Assembly: GCA_965221125.1 (NCBI GenBank)
Contig: CBDCRW010000004.1
Location: 736,001 to 800,000, forward strand
Length of the DNA stretch: 64,000 nucleotides
Direction of reading: 5' to 3'
Source: Alphaproteobacteria bacterium
GTDB taxonomy: Bacteria > Pseudomonadota > Alphaproteobacteria > UBA828
The translations under genes and the position numbers were made by a program. Of this stretch, positions 9,421 to 19,313 are shown in pieces (positions within the stretch are counted from its first letter, which is position 1; each line of letters starts with the position of its first letter). The notes beneath the pieces are model-generated. The model saw only the letters and a program-made list of their open reading frames with translations, ran no database searches and was not told where the DNA came from.

Positions 9421-10120
9421 AGTCGTACCTAGGTTCTCCGGGTGTTGTGGCGCCACTCGGTGCGCTTCGGTAACTGCTCCCTGACTTCTTCGAGATGATC
9501 GACGGATTTGATTCAGTCGTCGTCGACGGAGTCGGTATCATTACCAGAATAGGCGTATCGGCTTTCGTACGGCGCGAGAGCACGGCACAGGAATTTCTCG
9601 ATTCGTGTCCCCTGCTTCGGGACGGCGGGGAGGCCGAGCGGCTCGGACACGCTCTCGGCCCCGTGCGACCGTGGTGCTCCGGGGCCCTCTCGCCCTTGGT
9701 TGGCGTTATGTCGGGCGGGCGAAGAGGGTCGTGTCCGCAGACAGGGGAAACCAGTCGAATCTTCCGGTCGAGGACCTGGGACGGTGGGAAGGCCAGACCC
9801 GAGGGCATAGTATGGGTTGGCGGCGACGGGAGAATTGCTGTGGCGGCGCGATGCGAGGGAGCAGAAAGGCCGGACCGTACAGTGGGCTCCCGCATCGTCT
9901 GACAGACGCCATTGGCGACCGCGCGATGTGGAAGCACTGGTGGACGGCTAGCCGAGCGTCGGAAACGTCGCTCGCGCTCGAGGCCGGCGGCGTTGCCGGG
10001 GACGGGATCGAAAATCCACGTGATCCGCGTGTTTCGTGCTAACGGTCTAGCGGATGCGCACTATCGGTGTGCAAGATGGACGAGGCGCACCGGGACCACG
10101 ACGATCCGGGGAGGGAACGG

Positions 10121-10189
10121 GTGAACAGGGCTGACGTCGCCGGTCGTGTCCGTCGGCGAGACCGAATCGGACCCGTCAGCAACGAGTGA
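10121..10189 (+). pseudogene. Degenerate HU gene 5' remnant
   Basis: VNRADVAGRVRRRDRIG versus VNKTEIAGRVADRIG at 27015; shared upstream TTCGTGCTAAC (10033 and 26943). Confidence 0.5.
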
Positions 10190-10711
10190 CAGGCGAGGAG
10201 GTGGGTGTTGCGGATGTTGAAGCCCGGCGACTACGGTACGATGATGGCTGTCCGGCTTGGCTGCTCAGCTTGCCGGGAGGAGCCAAGCGGGCACCCCGGG
10301 TTGACGGCAGGCAGCCTTCACGGCTACCGCTAATGTGGCGAATGAGGCCGGAACACGGCAGGGGGCGGCCATCTTGCAGTTGCCGGTTCCTCTCAAGGCC
10401 TCAACGGTATAGGCTGATCAACACTACTGCCGAGGGCTGACAGATGTCCACGCGCCCTTGCCGAGAAGGCAAAGTCAAGTCCGGACGTACACATGCCGGG
10501 AGTGCCTCCAGACAGACCGCGACGACCAGGGGACTTGGTGCTGCACGCGCAACCACCATCGCCCTGAACGTGCTGCCAAAGCGCTTTCGCGTGTGCTTGT
10601 GAACCCATCTCGCGTTGACGTACGTCAGATACGCCAACTCCTTATGCACTCACCACACAACCGCCACGTAAAGTATAGCAATCGCGAATGCACTTCGAGG
10701 AAACAGCCATA

Positions 10712-11173
10712 ATGACTTCAGATAGTCCGCCATTCAGGCTTTCCCTCTGGAAAGATTACGTGCCGCAACGAACACTTATTGCGACGCAAGTTGAAGGAAA
10801 TAGCCAGGAACCGAAGGTAATTGTTCAAGAAAATTTACAAGAAGAGATTTACTCGTGGCATACACTAGAAGATCCGTTTGGTGGTGTTACCGACTCCGAG
10901 CTACGACAAAAGCTTCGCCACGCTCTTGTGGAGCGCTTGAATCCGTCACTTCCACCGTCTCAGAGGGGTATTGAAGTACTCGAGGAATTCGCACGGCTAG
11001 CGGGAAAGGCTATCGTCGATCGTAAGGTAGAATGGGTCTGGGGACACGGTGCTTCCCAGCATAACGATGCGATGGTAGAGCCACTAAACTCCTTATTGGC
11101 ACTCAAGTTGCATGTGGATTGGCTTCTGGCCTGCTTCATTGCGCGACCCGGAATCTCGGTGTCGGTACGATGA
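10712..11173 (+). CDS. Hypothetical protein, first gene of the cargo cluster
   Basis: ORF 10688..11173; GAGGA RBS before ATG 10712; ATGA overlap with the next gene. Confidence 0.7.
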   Translation: MTSDSPPFRLSLWKDYVPQRTLIATQVEGNSQEPKVIVQENLQEEIYSWHTLEDPFGGVTDSELRQKLRHALVERLNPSLPPSQRGIEVLEEFARLAGKAIVDRKVEWVWGHGASQHNDAMVEPLNSLLALKLHVDWLLACFIARPGISVSVR

Positions 11174-13218
11174 TGTCCTTTCATCTGAATTCACCCGCAG
11201 AAGCAGAAGCGGCGATAGCTAATCTTCTCAAGGAGGAATATTCCAAGCCAAATGGTCAATGTTCCATTTGCGTTCGGGACGATGGTGCCTTTTTGAACCA
11301 AGAATGGCTCAATCTTGGTGTCCTTTACTTTCCTGACTTGCCAAAGGATTCCGATGACTTGGAAGAGTATGAGGCGTGGCAAAATCTTGTGAAACTCGGA
11401 GCGTTCGAGTGGCATATAGCGGACTATAAGGCGATCGAAGAAAAATTAGCGCATTTGCTTGGCCATGAGATCGGCAAGGGTGATTTTCATTTGGGTACTC
11501 TAACTCGCGATATCTCATGTATTGCGGTGAGGACCGGCTTGTTGCTGCCTACATTCGATCCGGCGGCGCTGGACGAGATGCCCTATCGTCGATCAACGAC
11601 TATCATATCAGATACATCTGGTGTAGTACAGGGTGGTCTGGACTTTGTTGCCTCACATCTGAGTCCTGCTGCCAGAATAAAGGTTCCTTCAATCGTGCAT
11701 ATGGAGTTGGTTGGCGCCGCTGAGAACTACTTTAGTCTTCGCAGAGCTTCTAAGACCAAGAATGCCGCGCGCCGCCGTAAGGAACTTGTGGAACACTTAA
11801 AGAGCCAAGGCGGACAACGCTCATTGCTGCGTCTGGAGCTTCACCAAAGTACGGAAGTCGAGCGCACGTTTTTGCTCGGCGACCCGCTGCGGGAAGCTTT
11901 TGCAACAGATAACGACCGTGAATTGTCTGGTCTAAACATTAGTTTGGCAATTAGGTCTTACGCAGACCGTCTAATTTTAGAAGCGGCCCGTCAACATCAA
12001 GCGCATATGGGCCCCGGGCATGAAGTGCGACTACTAACCGCGGATCAGGGTTTGGCTAGAATGGCGTTAGCAGAGGGCATCCGGCCTTTATATTTCGGGA
12101 CAATTGACGCGGGAAGATTTTTTGGCAACTGCTTGACTGGAAGAACTTTTGACCCGTACCAAGGATCGGTGCAAGGGATCTCAATAGCGACGGTACTTTG
12201 GGAATTTGCTACGGCGTTTGGTTCAGCGCGACTGCAAGGGAAACAGACGGGGAGTGAGTTTTGCGTTTCGGCGCTTGGAGAGGATATGTCGTGGGCACCA
12301 TATCATTCCTTAGAAGACCTGCTTTGGTGTCGTCGGACCAATGGCGCGCCCAAGACCGACCCATCCAAAGTTGCCAAGAGGGAGGCTCGGGCCAAGGGGG
12401 ATGATCACGGCGAGGGGGTGGCTAAGCGGCCGAGCCGTACTACGACCTACCGACGCTTTGATGTCTCGAAGTTAGTCCGGCTGGTTTGCGAGCTGGATGA
12501 CGTACAGAAAATGGACGAAGAGGCAGTTGTAGGGATTGTTCAAACGAAGCATACCCGAGGGTTCCAGGAATACGAACGGTTTTTGTTGTCAGGAGGATTT
12601 ATCTCAGAGTCAGGAGGAATTTGGACTGCGGAGCCTCCCCTAATGGATATGTCCGCGGCGCTTCGGAACGAGAACGTGGAGGCTGTTCGTGACTTGTTGG
12701 GCGCTACACCTTCTTTCAGCGACTTCATGGGACTGCTTGGGAATGCAGGCCTCGGGGAGCCGTTGGATACGGAGTTCGCCGGTCGGAGCTCATCCACCTA
12801 TCGAACGTTGGGCGAAATTGTGCATGTCTGCGCCGCGGTTCGGGGAAAGGGGATTTACTCGACGGCGACCGTGCCGGATGCAGAGGGCTTTGCGGAGATC
12901 GCGCTAAAGCGGTTTCGCCAGCTCGACAAAGGCGACGGGTTGGTGTCCACGGGCAAGTGGCTGGAAACGCTTGTTGCAGAGGACGGCATTCATCCCGAAG
13001 TAGCTCGGAAGCTATTGGAGGAAGCAAGACAAAGACGCTTGTTGCGAAGGTCGACAGAGGGATCGACGATGCAAATGCGGTATAGAACGCACATCGTGCA
13101 TATCTTGCGGGTGGTATCCGGTGTTCCGACGGTAGTTCCTGTGCACCTGTATAGGGGAGATTACCTGATTCAGGGCAAGGCCAGTGCGAGCTTGCGGATT
13201 GAAGGAGGCGATCAATGA
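11170..13218 (+). CDS. PIN-domain protein with long C-terminal extension
   Basis: PIN-type acidic motifs: IISDTS, KVPSIVHMEL, YADRLILE, LLTADQGLARMA. Confidence 0.7.
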   Translation: MMSFHLNSPAEAEAAIANLLKEEYSKPNGQCSICVRDDGAFLNQEWLNLGVLYFPDLPKDSDDLEEYEAWQNLVKLGAFEWHIADYKAIEEKLAHLLGHEIGKGDFHLGTLTRDISCIAVRTGLLLPTFDPAALDEMPYRRSTTIISDTSGVVQGGLDFVASHLSPAARIKVPSIVHMELVGAAENYFSLRRASKTKNAARRRKELVEHLKSQGGQRSLLRLELHQSTEVERTFLLGDPLREAFATDNDRELSGLNISLAIRSYADRLILEAARQHQAHMGPGHEVRLLTADQGLARMALAEGIRPLYFGTIDAGRFFGNCLTGRTFDPYQGSVQGISIATVLWEFATAFGSARLQGKQTGSEFCVSALGEDMSWAPYHSLEDLLWCRRTNGAPKTDPSKVAKREARAKGDDHGEGVAKRPSRTTTYRRFDVSKLVRLVCELDDVQKMDEEAVVGIVQTKHTRGFQEYERFLLSGGFISESGGIWTAEPPLMDMSAALRNENVEAVRDLLGATPSFSDFMGLLGNAGLGEPLDTEFAGRSSSTYRTLGEIVHVCAAVRGKGIYSTATVPDAEGFAEIALKRFRQLDKGDGLVSTGKWLETLVAEDGIHPEVARKLLEEARQRRLLRRSTEGSTMQMRYRTHIVHILRVVSGVPTVVPVHLYRGDYLIQGKASASLRIEGGDQ

Positions 13219-14336
13219 GCCTACGAGATAAGCTTCAGCAGGCGCGACGCTCCAGCGAGGGCTCGCCACGGGGGATGTTTGAGCGCTTCGGAGTAACAGC
13301 GAATCCGTTCCCTGCGGCAAGCCAAACGTCGGGGAATCCTCATTATCCGCAAGAAGAAGCAGATGAACTGGCGGAAACGCAAATTGCTGCGTTCGTAAGG
13401 GACAATAGGTCACAGAGCTTGACTGTCGTCGGTTCTCAAGGAGTAGGAAAGACGAATTTTCTAAATTATTTTGAAGAACAATTGACTGATGTCGCAGACG
13501 AATTAGAGGGTTACTATGTTGTTCGATACCTAGCGGATCCTGAAAATACGTTTGATGGCACAATTCACAAATTGCTTCAAGAGTTAGGCGCAGAGCATTT
13601 TGCGAGACTAGCAGAATCGTTGAGTGAGGATCAAAATGCGATACGAGTGGCACGAAGTCAAGATCTTCAGACAGCACTACGTAGGCTTGCAGAAACAGAT
13701 GAGAATGAAGATAGAGCAGAAACTATTGAGTTGATGCTGGCTTGGCTGTTAGGACACCGAGTCCTAAAGATACATCGGGAATGGCTAGGAGTGAATTTTC
13801 GACAAGATACAGTCGAGGCAAAAACTGCGACTTTTCGTGATATCGTAGAAGTGAGCAGCGAAGCGGGAATTCTAAAGGGAATTTTTTTGCTGTTAGACGA
13901 ACTGGAAAAGCAGGATGGCGTTTTGGGCCCGAGAGCAGTGGTAAGATACCTGTCGGCAATCAGGGCGATTATTGATGCCTTGCCGCGAGGCTTGTTTTTG
14001 ATGCTGGCGGTGACGCCGGATGCGCTATTGCGATACACTGCTGCACTGCCAGCGTTACGCGGAAGACTGGAAAATCAGGTAGTATTGGAAGCTTTGCAAG
14101 ATGAAGAGGAAGCAGTAGAACTGGCAGAGTTCTATATCGACAAGGCTCGCGAGAAGGCAAGGGAAGATCGTAATCGGAGGGGAGGAAGTGAAGAAATCTT
14201 GTCGAGGCGTAAGATTGAGAAATGTTTTCAGACGCTTTGGGAACGAGCGGAGGAAAGAGGAGATGACGGTGTCAGGCAACGAGAGTTCTTGAACGCACTT
14301 CATCTTCGTACCGAAAAAGAGCTGCGGGGAGATTGA
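13215..14336 (+). CDS. P-loop AAA+ ATPase
   Basis: NPFP, Walker A GSQGVGKT, Walker B LLLDELE, Arg-finger-like ALRGRL; ATGA overlap. Confidence 0.85.
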   Translation: MSLRDKLQQARRSSEGSPRGMFERFGVTANPFPAASQTSGNPHYPQEEADELAETQIAAFVRDNRSQSLTVVGSQGVGKTNFLNYFEEQLTDVADELEGYYVVRYLADPENTFDGTIHKLLQELGAEHFARLAESLSEDQNAIRVARSQDLQTALRRLAETDENEDRAETIELMLAWLLGHRVLKIHREWLGVNFRQDTVEAKTATFRDIVEVSSEAGILKGIFLLLDELEKQDGVLGPRAVVRYLSAIRAIIDALPRGLFLMLAVTPDALLRYTAALPALRGRLENQVVLEALQDEEEAVELAEFYIDKAREKAREDRNRRGGSEEILSRRKIEKCFQTLWERAEERGDDGVRQREFLNALHLRTEKELRGD

Positions 14337-14369
14337 AGCAGTGGAGACGAGTGATAGCCTAGGGATGGA

Positions 14370-15845
14370 ATGAGTGGTGTGAGCGAGGACGGGATGGCGG
14401 CTGTAGCAATCGAAAAACAAGATGGAAGCGCGGTCGGGAGAAATACGCCAAATTCTCAGCAAGGGGCACAAACGAAGAGGACAGGGAGGGGATTCGTGAT
14501 AAGCGGTGCTCCAAGGCTGGTAGTGTCTGGGCGAATTCGTAGGGAGTCCGAGAAGCACGATCCAGATCGGGAATATCGGTTTGGTTATGCTGATGAACAC
14601 CATTCGGAATTACCGCACGTGGTCAAGTTCTCGGGTGGCAGATCGAGTGGCATGCTGCTGTTGACACTCTTGGCAAATGACATACTGAAGGCCGAACGAG
14701 GGGATGTCGTGTTGTTCAATAATACGGCAAGCGAGCATCCCCAGACTTACGACTTTGTAAGAGAGTGTAAGGCAGTAACGGAGCAGTACGGTATTCCTTT
14801 CTACCTTGTGGAGTTTCAGACCTATGAAGACGCCCGCAAGGGCGAGTGGACACGGCTGCCGAGCTACCGCCTCGTGAATAGCAAGCCGTGGTCAGAAACG
14901 AATCCGGACGGGGTCCATTGGCGGGGCGAGGTTTTCGAGGAGGTGATGTCGTGGTCGGGGTTCGTGCCAAACCAGTTCCGGCGTATCTGCACGACTAACA
15001 TGAAGTTGGGTGCAACCCGTATGTTCCTGCGCGACTGGTTGGCTTGCAAAGAGTCGATTCCGCGGCTTGGACACTTCGGATCGGGGTGCCGTATAGACGG
15101 GAAGGCTATGTATGCGCGTCACAGGCGCAACGGCGGAGAGGTGCCCGAAGAAATCTACATTGCCAAGAAGCGGTATGGCTGGAGCCGTCCGTATGTCCGG
15201 CCAGAACAGCGATACGAGAGTTTTTCGAAGGCATGGCGACCGTTCGAAAACAAGTGGCTAGCGGGCAAGGCGCATGGCGACCTGGCGGTGTTTGGCAAGG
15301 GAGGCGTCGAGTATGTGGCGTTTGTCGGCCTGCGTTGCGATGAGCCCGCAAGAGTCGGAAGGGTGAAGGAACGCAATAATGGGCCCGAAGCATCCGGATA
15401 CGATGGCGAGCATGTGTACATGCCCCTCGTGGACATGCACGTGGCGGCAGCGGATGTGAATGCGTTTTGGGCCCGACAGGAGTTGGACCTATGTTTGCCC
15501 CCGGACAGTGGGCTCTCGAACTGTGTGTACTGCTTCTTGAAAGGCGGTGCGACGCTGCGGAAAGTGCAACGTGAAATGGCGGGCGCGAAGCGCCAGGAAG
15601 CTCGGCTAGGCTACGGTCCACTCGACGGGACGCCGTGCGACGTCGCATGGTGGCAACGCATGGAAGAGGTGTACGGGCGCGACCTCGTAGCGGAGGAGCG
15701 GAAAATTCAGTCGGAGTTGGAGCATGATTTCCTGGGCTTCTTCGGTGCGGGAAGCCGATTTACGTATCGGTTGCTCGGAGAAGCCGACGAATCGGAGTTG
15801 GAGCAGTTCGACGCCAGTTTGTTGCCCTGCGATTGCACGGACTAG
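14370..15845 (+). CDS. Cys-rich PP-loop / PAPS-reductase-like protein, putative Fe-S sulfur-insertion enzyme (alternative start 14394)
   Basis: KFSGGRSSG PP-loop, FNNTASEHP, RICTTNMK, GLRCDE, NCVYCFLK, terminal CDCTD. Confidence 0.8.
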   Translation: MSGVSEDGMAAVAIEKQDGSAVGRNTPNSQQGAQTKRTGRGFVISGAPRLVVSGRIRRESEKHDPDREYRFGYADEHHSELPHVVKFSGGRSSGMLLLTLLANDILKAERGDVVLFNNTASEHPQTYDFVRECKAVTEQYGIPFYLVEFQTYEDARKGEWTRLPSYRLVNSKPWSETNPDGVHWRGEVFEEVMSWSGFVPNQFRRICTTNMKLGATRMFLRDWLACKESIPRLGHFGSGCRIDGKAMYARHRRNGGEVPEEIYIAKKRYGWSRPYVRPEQRYESFSKAWRPFENKWLAGKAHGDLAVFGKGGVEYVAFVGLRCDEPARVGRVKERNNGPEASGYDGEHVYMPLVDMHVAAADVNAFWARQELDLCLPPDSGLSNCVYCFLKGGATLRKVQREMAGAKRQEARLGYGPLDGTPCDVAWWQRMEEVYGRDLVAEERKIQSELEHDFLGFFGAGSRFTYRLLGEADESELEQFDASLLPCDCTD

Positions 15846-15847
15846 AC

Positions 15848-16987
15848 GTGGCGGAACGGCCGGTCTATCTGGATTGTCAAGCCACGACGCCGCCTGACCC
15901 GAGAGTGGTCACGGCGATAGTCGAAGCGTTTGATGCATTCGGGAACCCACACGGGCGTCAACACGTATACGGGCGAACGGCGGCGGACGCCATAGACGTG
16001 GCTCGGAGTCGGGTGGCCGGACTTCTGAACACGTACCCCAATCGAATCGTATTCACATCCGGAGCAACGGAATCCTGCAACCTCGCACTGCGGGGCGTGG
16101 CGCGCGCCGCCGCTCCCAAGCGACGGCGTATCATTACACTCGCTACAGAACATGCGGCGGTGCTCGAGACTGTAGAGGATCTAGGACGACACGGTTTCGA
16201 GGCGATCGTCTTGCCGGTCAGGCCGGACGGGCTCGTAGACCTCGATTGTCTCGACCAGGTGGTCGACGACGAGACGCTGATCGTTTCCGTCATGGCAGTG
16301 AACAACGAAATCGGTGTGATCCAGCCGCTCGCCAAAGTCGCTTCGATCTGCCGGCGCTATGGCGCACTGTTCCATACTGATGCAACGCAAGCGCCCGCTC
16401 GCATCGAAGTGGATGTCGAGACTTGGGGAGCCGACCTCTTGTCGATTTCGTCGCACAAGCTGTACGGACCAAAGGGCATTGGGGCGCTGTACGTGGCCGA
16501 TGACGGATTGCTTGGACCCACGTTGACCGGAGGTGGTCAAGAGCGTGGCATGCGGTCGGGAACAGTGCCGACGGAGCTCGCGTGCGGCTTCGGAGAGGCT
16601 GCGGAGCTGGCCGGAGACGAGCGGCCTGCTGACGCCGAGCGGATGACTCGTCTTGCCGCCAAGTTGCGGACCGGTATCGATGCGATGGAGGCGGATGTAC
16701 GCTATTTCGGTTCAGACAAGGAGCGGGCGCCTGGGACGTTAAACTTTGGGTTCCCTGGGATCTCCGGCGACAAGCTCGTTGCGATGGTGGAGACCGAGAT
16801 TGCGATCTCGAGCGCCTCCGCGTGTTCCTCCGGAACTGCAGGAGTTTCTCATGTGCTAGCCGCGCTTGGTTGCGGCCGGTCTGAAGCACTTACCGGCGTG
16901 CGTGTGGGATTGGGCCGATTTACGACGGAGACAGACATCGAGATTGCTTTGACGGCGATTGGTCGGGCGGTAGGTACGGCTGCATGA
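15848..16987 (+). CDS. Cysteine desulfurase (IscS/DndA-like)
   Basis: YLDCQATT, FTSGATES, PLP lysine in HKLYGPKG, catalytic Cys in SSASACSS. Confidence 0.93.
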   Translation: MAERPVYLDCQATTPPDPRVVTAIVEAFDAFGNPHGRQHVYGRTAADAIDVARSRVAGLLNTYPNRIVFTSGATESCNLALRGVARAAAPKRRRIITLATEHAAVLETVEDLGRHGFEAIVLPVRPDGLVDLDCLDQVVDDETLIVSVMAVNNEIGVIQPLAKVASICRRYGALFHTDATQAPARIEVDVETWGADLLSISSHKLYGPKGIGALYVADDGLLGPTLTGGGQERGMRSGTVPTELACGFGEAAELAGDERPADAERMTRLAAKLRTGIDAMEADVRYFGSDKERAPGTLNFGFPGISGDKLVAMVETEIAISSASACSSGTAGVSHVLAALGCGRSEALTGVRVGLGRFTTETDIEIALTAIGRAVGTAA

Positions 16988-17000
16988 AGAGATTGGGACG

Positions 17001-19313
17001 ATGGGATTGAAGCGAGCGATCATCGACGAGATGAAGGTGAAGCAGCTGCGCAAGGCGGTGCAGCAACTGGAATTGGCTGTTGATAGCTATAGGGACAAGG
17101 AATCACTTGCCGGTGCTCTCAGAAAGTCGCGTCGAGCTACAGCCGAGACGTTGGTGGAATTCCTGTCCGAGAAGGACGTAAAGCGGCTGTGCGATCGTCA
17201 GGGGGTTGAGTCGAGGGGACGTCGGCGGGAGCTGATAGCGCGGCTGTTGGAGTCAACGGGTACAGCCTCTTCAGCCGGGGACTCTGGGGAGACGCAAAGA
17301 CCAAGGGCAGGAACGAACGCAAGAAGGCGCCGGACGCGGGGCCGATCGAGTAAGGCTGCACCTGACCTCCTGTTCGGCCACAGTACGGATCGTACTGGGT
17401 TCACGCCGGCAGGAATCGCCGCGTTTTCGGATCTCAGACCGGCTGCGGTAGTGCGGGAACTCATTCAGAACTCGTTGGACGCAGCCTTGATTGAGGCTAA
17501 CGAAGCCTGCGCGGTCGTAAGGTTTGAGCGAAGTACGTGCACGTTAGAGGAAATCCCGGGAATCGAAAGTTACCGTACGGCGTTTGAGCGAGCTGTGGAG
17601 GAGCAAACTCCTTCTGGTAGTGCACGCTCCGTAGTTGAGCGGATACGGCGGACATTACTAGAGGAATCGCACGATCTGCTGTGTGTTATCGACAACGGAG
17701 TGGGGCTTGACGGCAGGCGAATGTCGGCTTTGCTGAGTGACGGGGTGAGCGACAAAGGGGGCAACGCTTCTGGGACTTTCGGCAACGGACACTCGGCGGT
17801 GCTTCCCGCATCGAACCTCCGGTATGTGATGTACGGTGGGCTAACGGCCGATGGTCGCACCTATGGTGCCGGCCAAGCGGTGCTGGCGTCGCACCGGGAC
17901 GAGGGTGATTGGCGCAGTCGATCTGGGCGCGGGGTATATCTGGAGTCATTTAAGCCTAGTGCGGTCGACGTACCGTTCACTCTGGCCTCTGAAGATGCAA
18001 TCCCGCCGATGGTCGTGTCCGCGATTAACAGGATTCGTGCTTCGTACGGACACGGGGCGGCGGTGGTTATCCCGGCGTTTAATAACTTTGAGCACGTGCA
18101 ATCTTTGCGAGAGGCAGTGTTCAAGGCAGCTAGTTTTAACTTCTTTCAGGCGATTCAGGAAGGACGTCTGGTGGTGGAGGTGGAGGATCAGGAGGAAAGC
18201 GGTGTACTCGACACGCTGAGGTTAAGGGAAGTGCTTACGCCGTATCGCGACGAAATGCGCTCTGGTCGTTCGGGTGCGTTTCTTTCCGGACGAAAGGCAA
18301 ATGAAGCCTACGAAACTCTCGTCAATGGGGAGGAACACGAGATTGAGACTACGCAGGGAAACGTAGCGGTGCGCTTGCTTTGCCGGGAAACGGGTCGGCG
18401 TAGCGTGGGGCTATGCAGGAACGGGATGTGGATTACGGATGACCTGCCGATGTTTCAGAACGCGTTTGCGGATCGACAGCCATTTCAGGCGCTGATCCTA
18501 CTCACCTCGGATCGCGAGGATGGTTTCTATGAACTAATTCGAGAGGCGGAGACGCCGCTCCACGATAAGCTGGCGCCGAAACAGATGGACCCAGTTCGAA
18601 GAAAGGCTCTTCGGGACGCGCTGCGTGAGATTCGGGATGGGATCGCGGAATTGGTCCCGCCTTCGACAGAGGACGTTTACAGCCCAAAGGACATCTTGGC
18701 CTTTCAGTTTGAAGATGTAGAGGGGCAGGGGCGAGGTGGCCGCCAGCCGTCCTTTTGGGGCCGGGTGGGAAGCACTCGACGGTCGACGCTGGTGAGGCGG
18801 AAGACAGGGAAGCGGGAGGCTGGAGGAACCGGGGAAGGCGGCGGCGGCGGAGGAGGACGCAAGAAGCGTGAGGGACGGATTGTGACGGAGCGGATATTCC
18901 GGATCGCTTCGGTGCCCACCGACGAAGGTGGGCGCACAGTTCATGTGGAATGTACAGAGGAGTTTGAGGACGCAGAATTGCGGGTATTCGTAGACGAGAA
19001 CGTGGATGCGACTTGCGATCGGCAAACACGTGCTCAGGCGGCGGCGGTGTTGCTGTCGAACGTGAAGGTGGATGGACGCCCGTTGTCTGAGGAAGAACTG
19101 ATCGGAAACGACGACGGGACTGTGGGTGCGAAGTTGGGTTGCCTGCAGGCAAATGCGCGGGTCGTGGTGGAGACCGAGTATGCGATACCTGCAGCGGCTA
19201 TGCGTCTCCCAAGTGGACAAGAGCCCGCACTTCGGTTCGAGGTACAAAGCAGTCGACGGGTTTCATCCAAGGACAGTAGCGAAATTGATGACGAGGTGCT
19301 GTCCGATGGATGA
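17001..19313 (+). CDS. GHKL (HATPase/MORC-like) ATPase with N-terminal tandem SAP/HEH-like domains
   Basis: VVRELIQNSLDA, IDNGVGL, GTFGNG; N-terminal LSEKDVKRLCDRQGVESRGRRRELIARL. Confidence 0.75.
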   Translation: MGLKRAIIDEMKVKQLRKAVQQLELAVDSYRDKESLAGALRKSRRATAETLVEFLSEKDVKRLCDRQGVESRGRRRELIARLLESTGTASSAGDSGETQRPRAGTNARRRRTRGRSSKAAPDLLFGHSTDRTGFTPAGIAAFSDLRPAAVVRELIQNSLDAALIEANEACAVVRFERSTCTLEEIPGIESYRTAFERAVEEQTPSGSARSVVERIRRTLLEESHDLLCVIDNGVGLDGRRMSALLSDGVSDKGGNASGTFGNGHSAVLPASNLRYVMYGGLTADGRTYGAGQAVLASHRDEGDWRSRSGRGVYLESFKPSAVDVPFTLASEDAIPPMVVSAINRIRASYGHGAAVVIPAFNNFEHVQSLREAVFKAASFNFFQAIQEGRLVVEVEDQEESGVLDTLRLREVLTPYRDEMRSGRSGAFLSGRKANEAYETLVNGEEHEIETTQGNVAVRLLCRETGRRSVGLCRNGMWITDDLPMFQNAFADRQPFQALILLTSDREDGFYELIREAETPLHDKLAPKQMDPVRRKALRDALREIRDGIAELVPPSTEDVYSPKDILAFQFEDVEGQGRGGRQPSFWGRVGSTRRSTLVRRKTGKREAGGTGEGGGGGGGRKKREGRIVTERIFRIASVPTDEGGRTVHVECTEEFEDAELRVFVDENVDATCDRQTRAQAAAVLLSNVKVDGRPLSEEELIGNDDGTVGAKLGCLQANARVVVETEYAIPAAAMRLPSGQEPALRFEVQSSRRVSSKDSSEIDDEVLSDG

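Noticed and set aside
14370-16987. Canonical dndA/dndC or ssp/BREX-4 locus
   Set aside because: No recognisable DndB/D/E, SspB, PglZ or BrxL, and the PP-loop motif differs. Gene symbols withheld.
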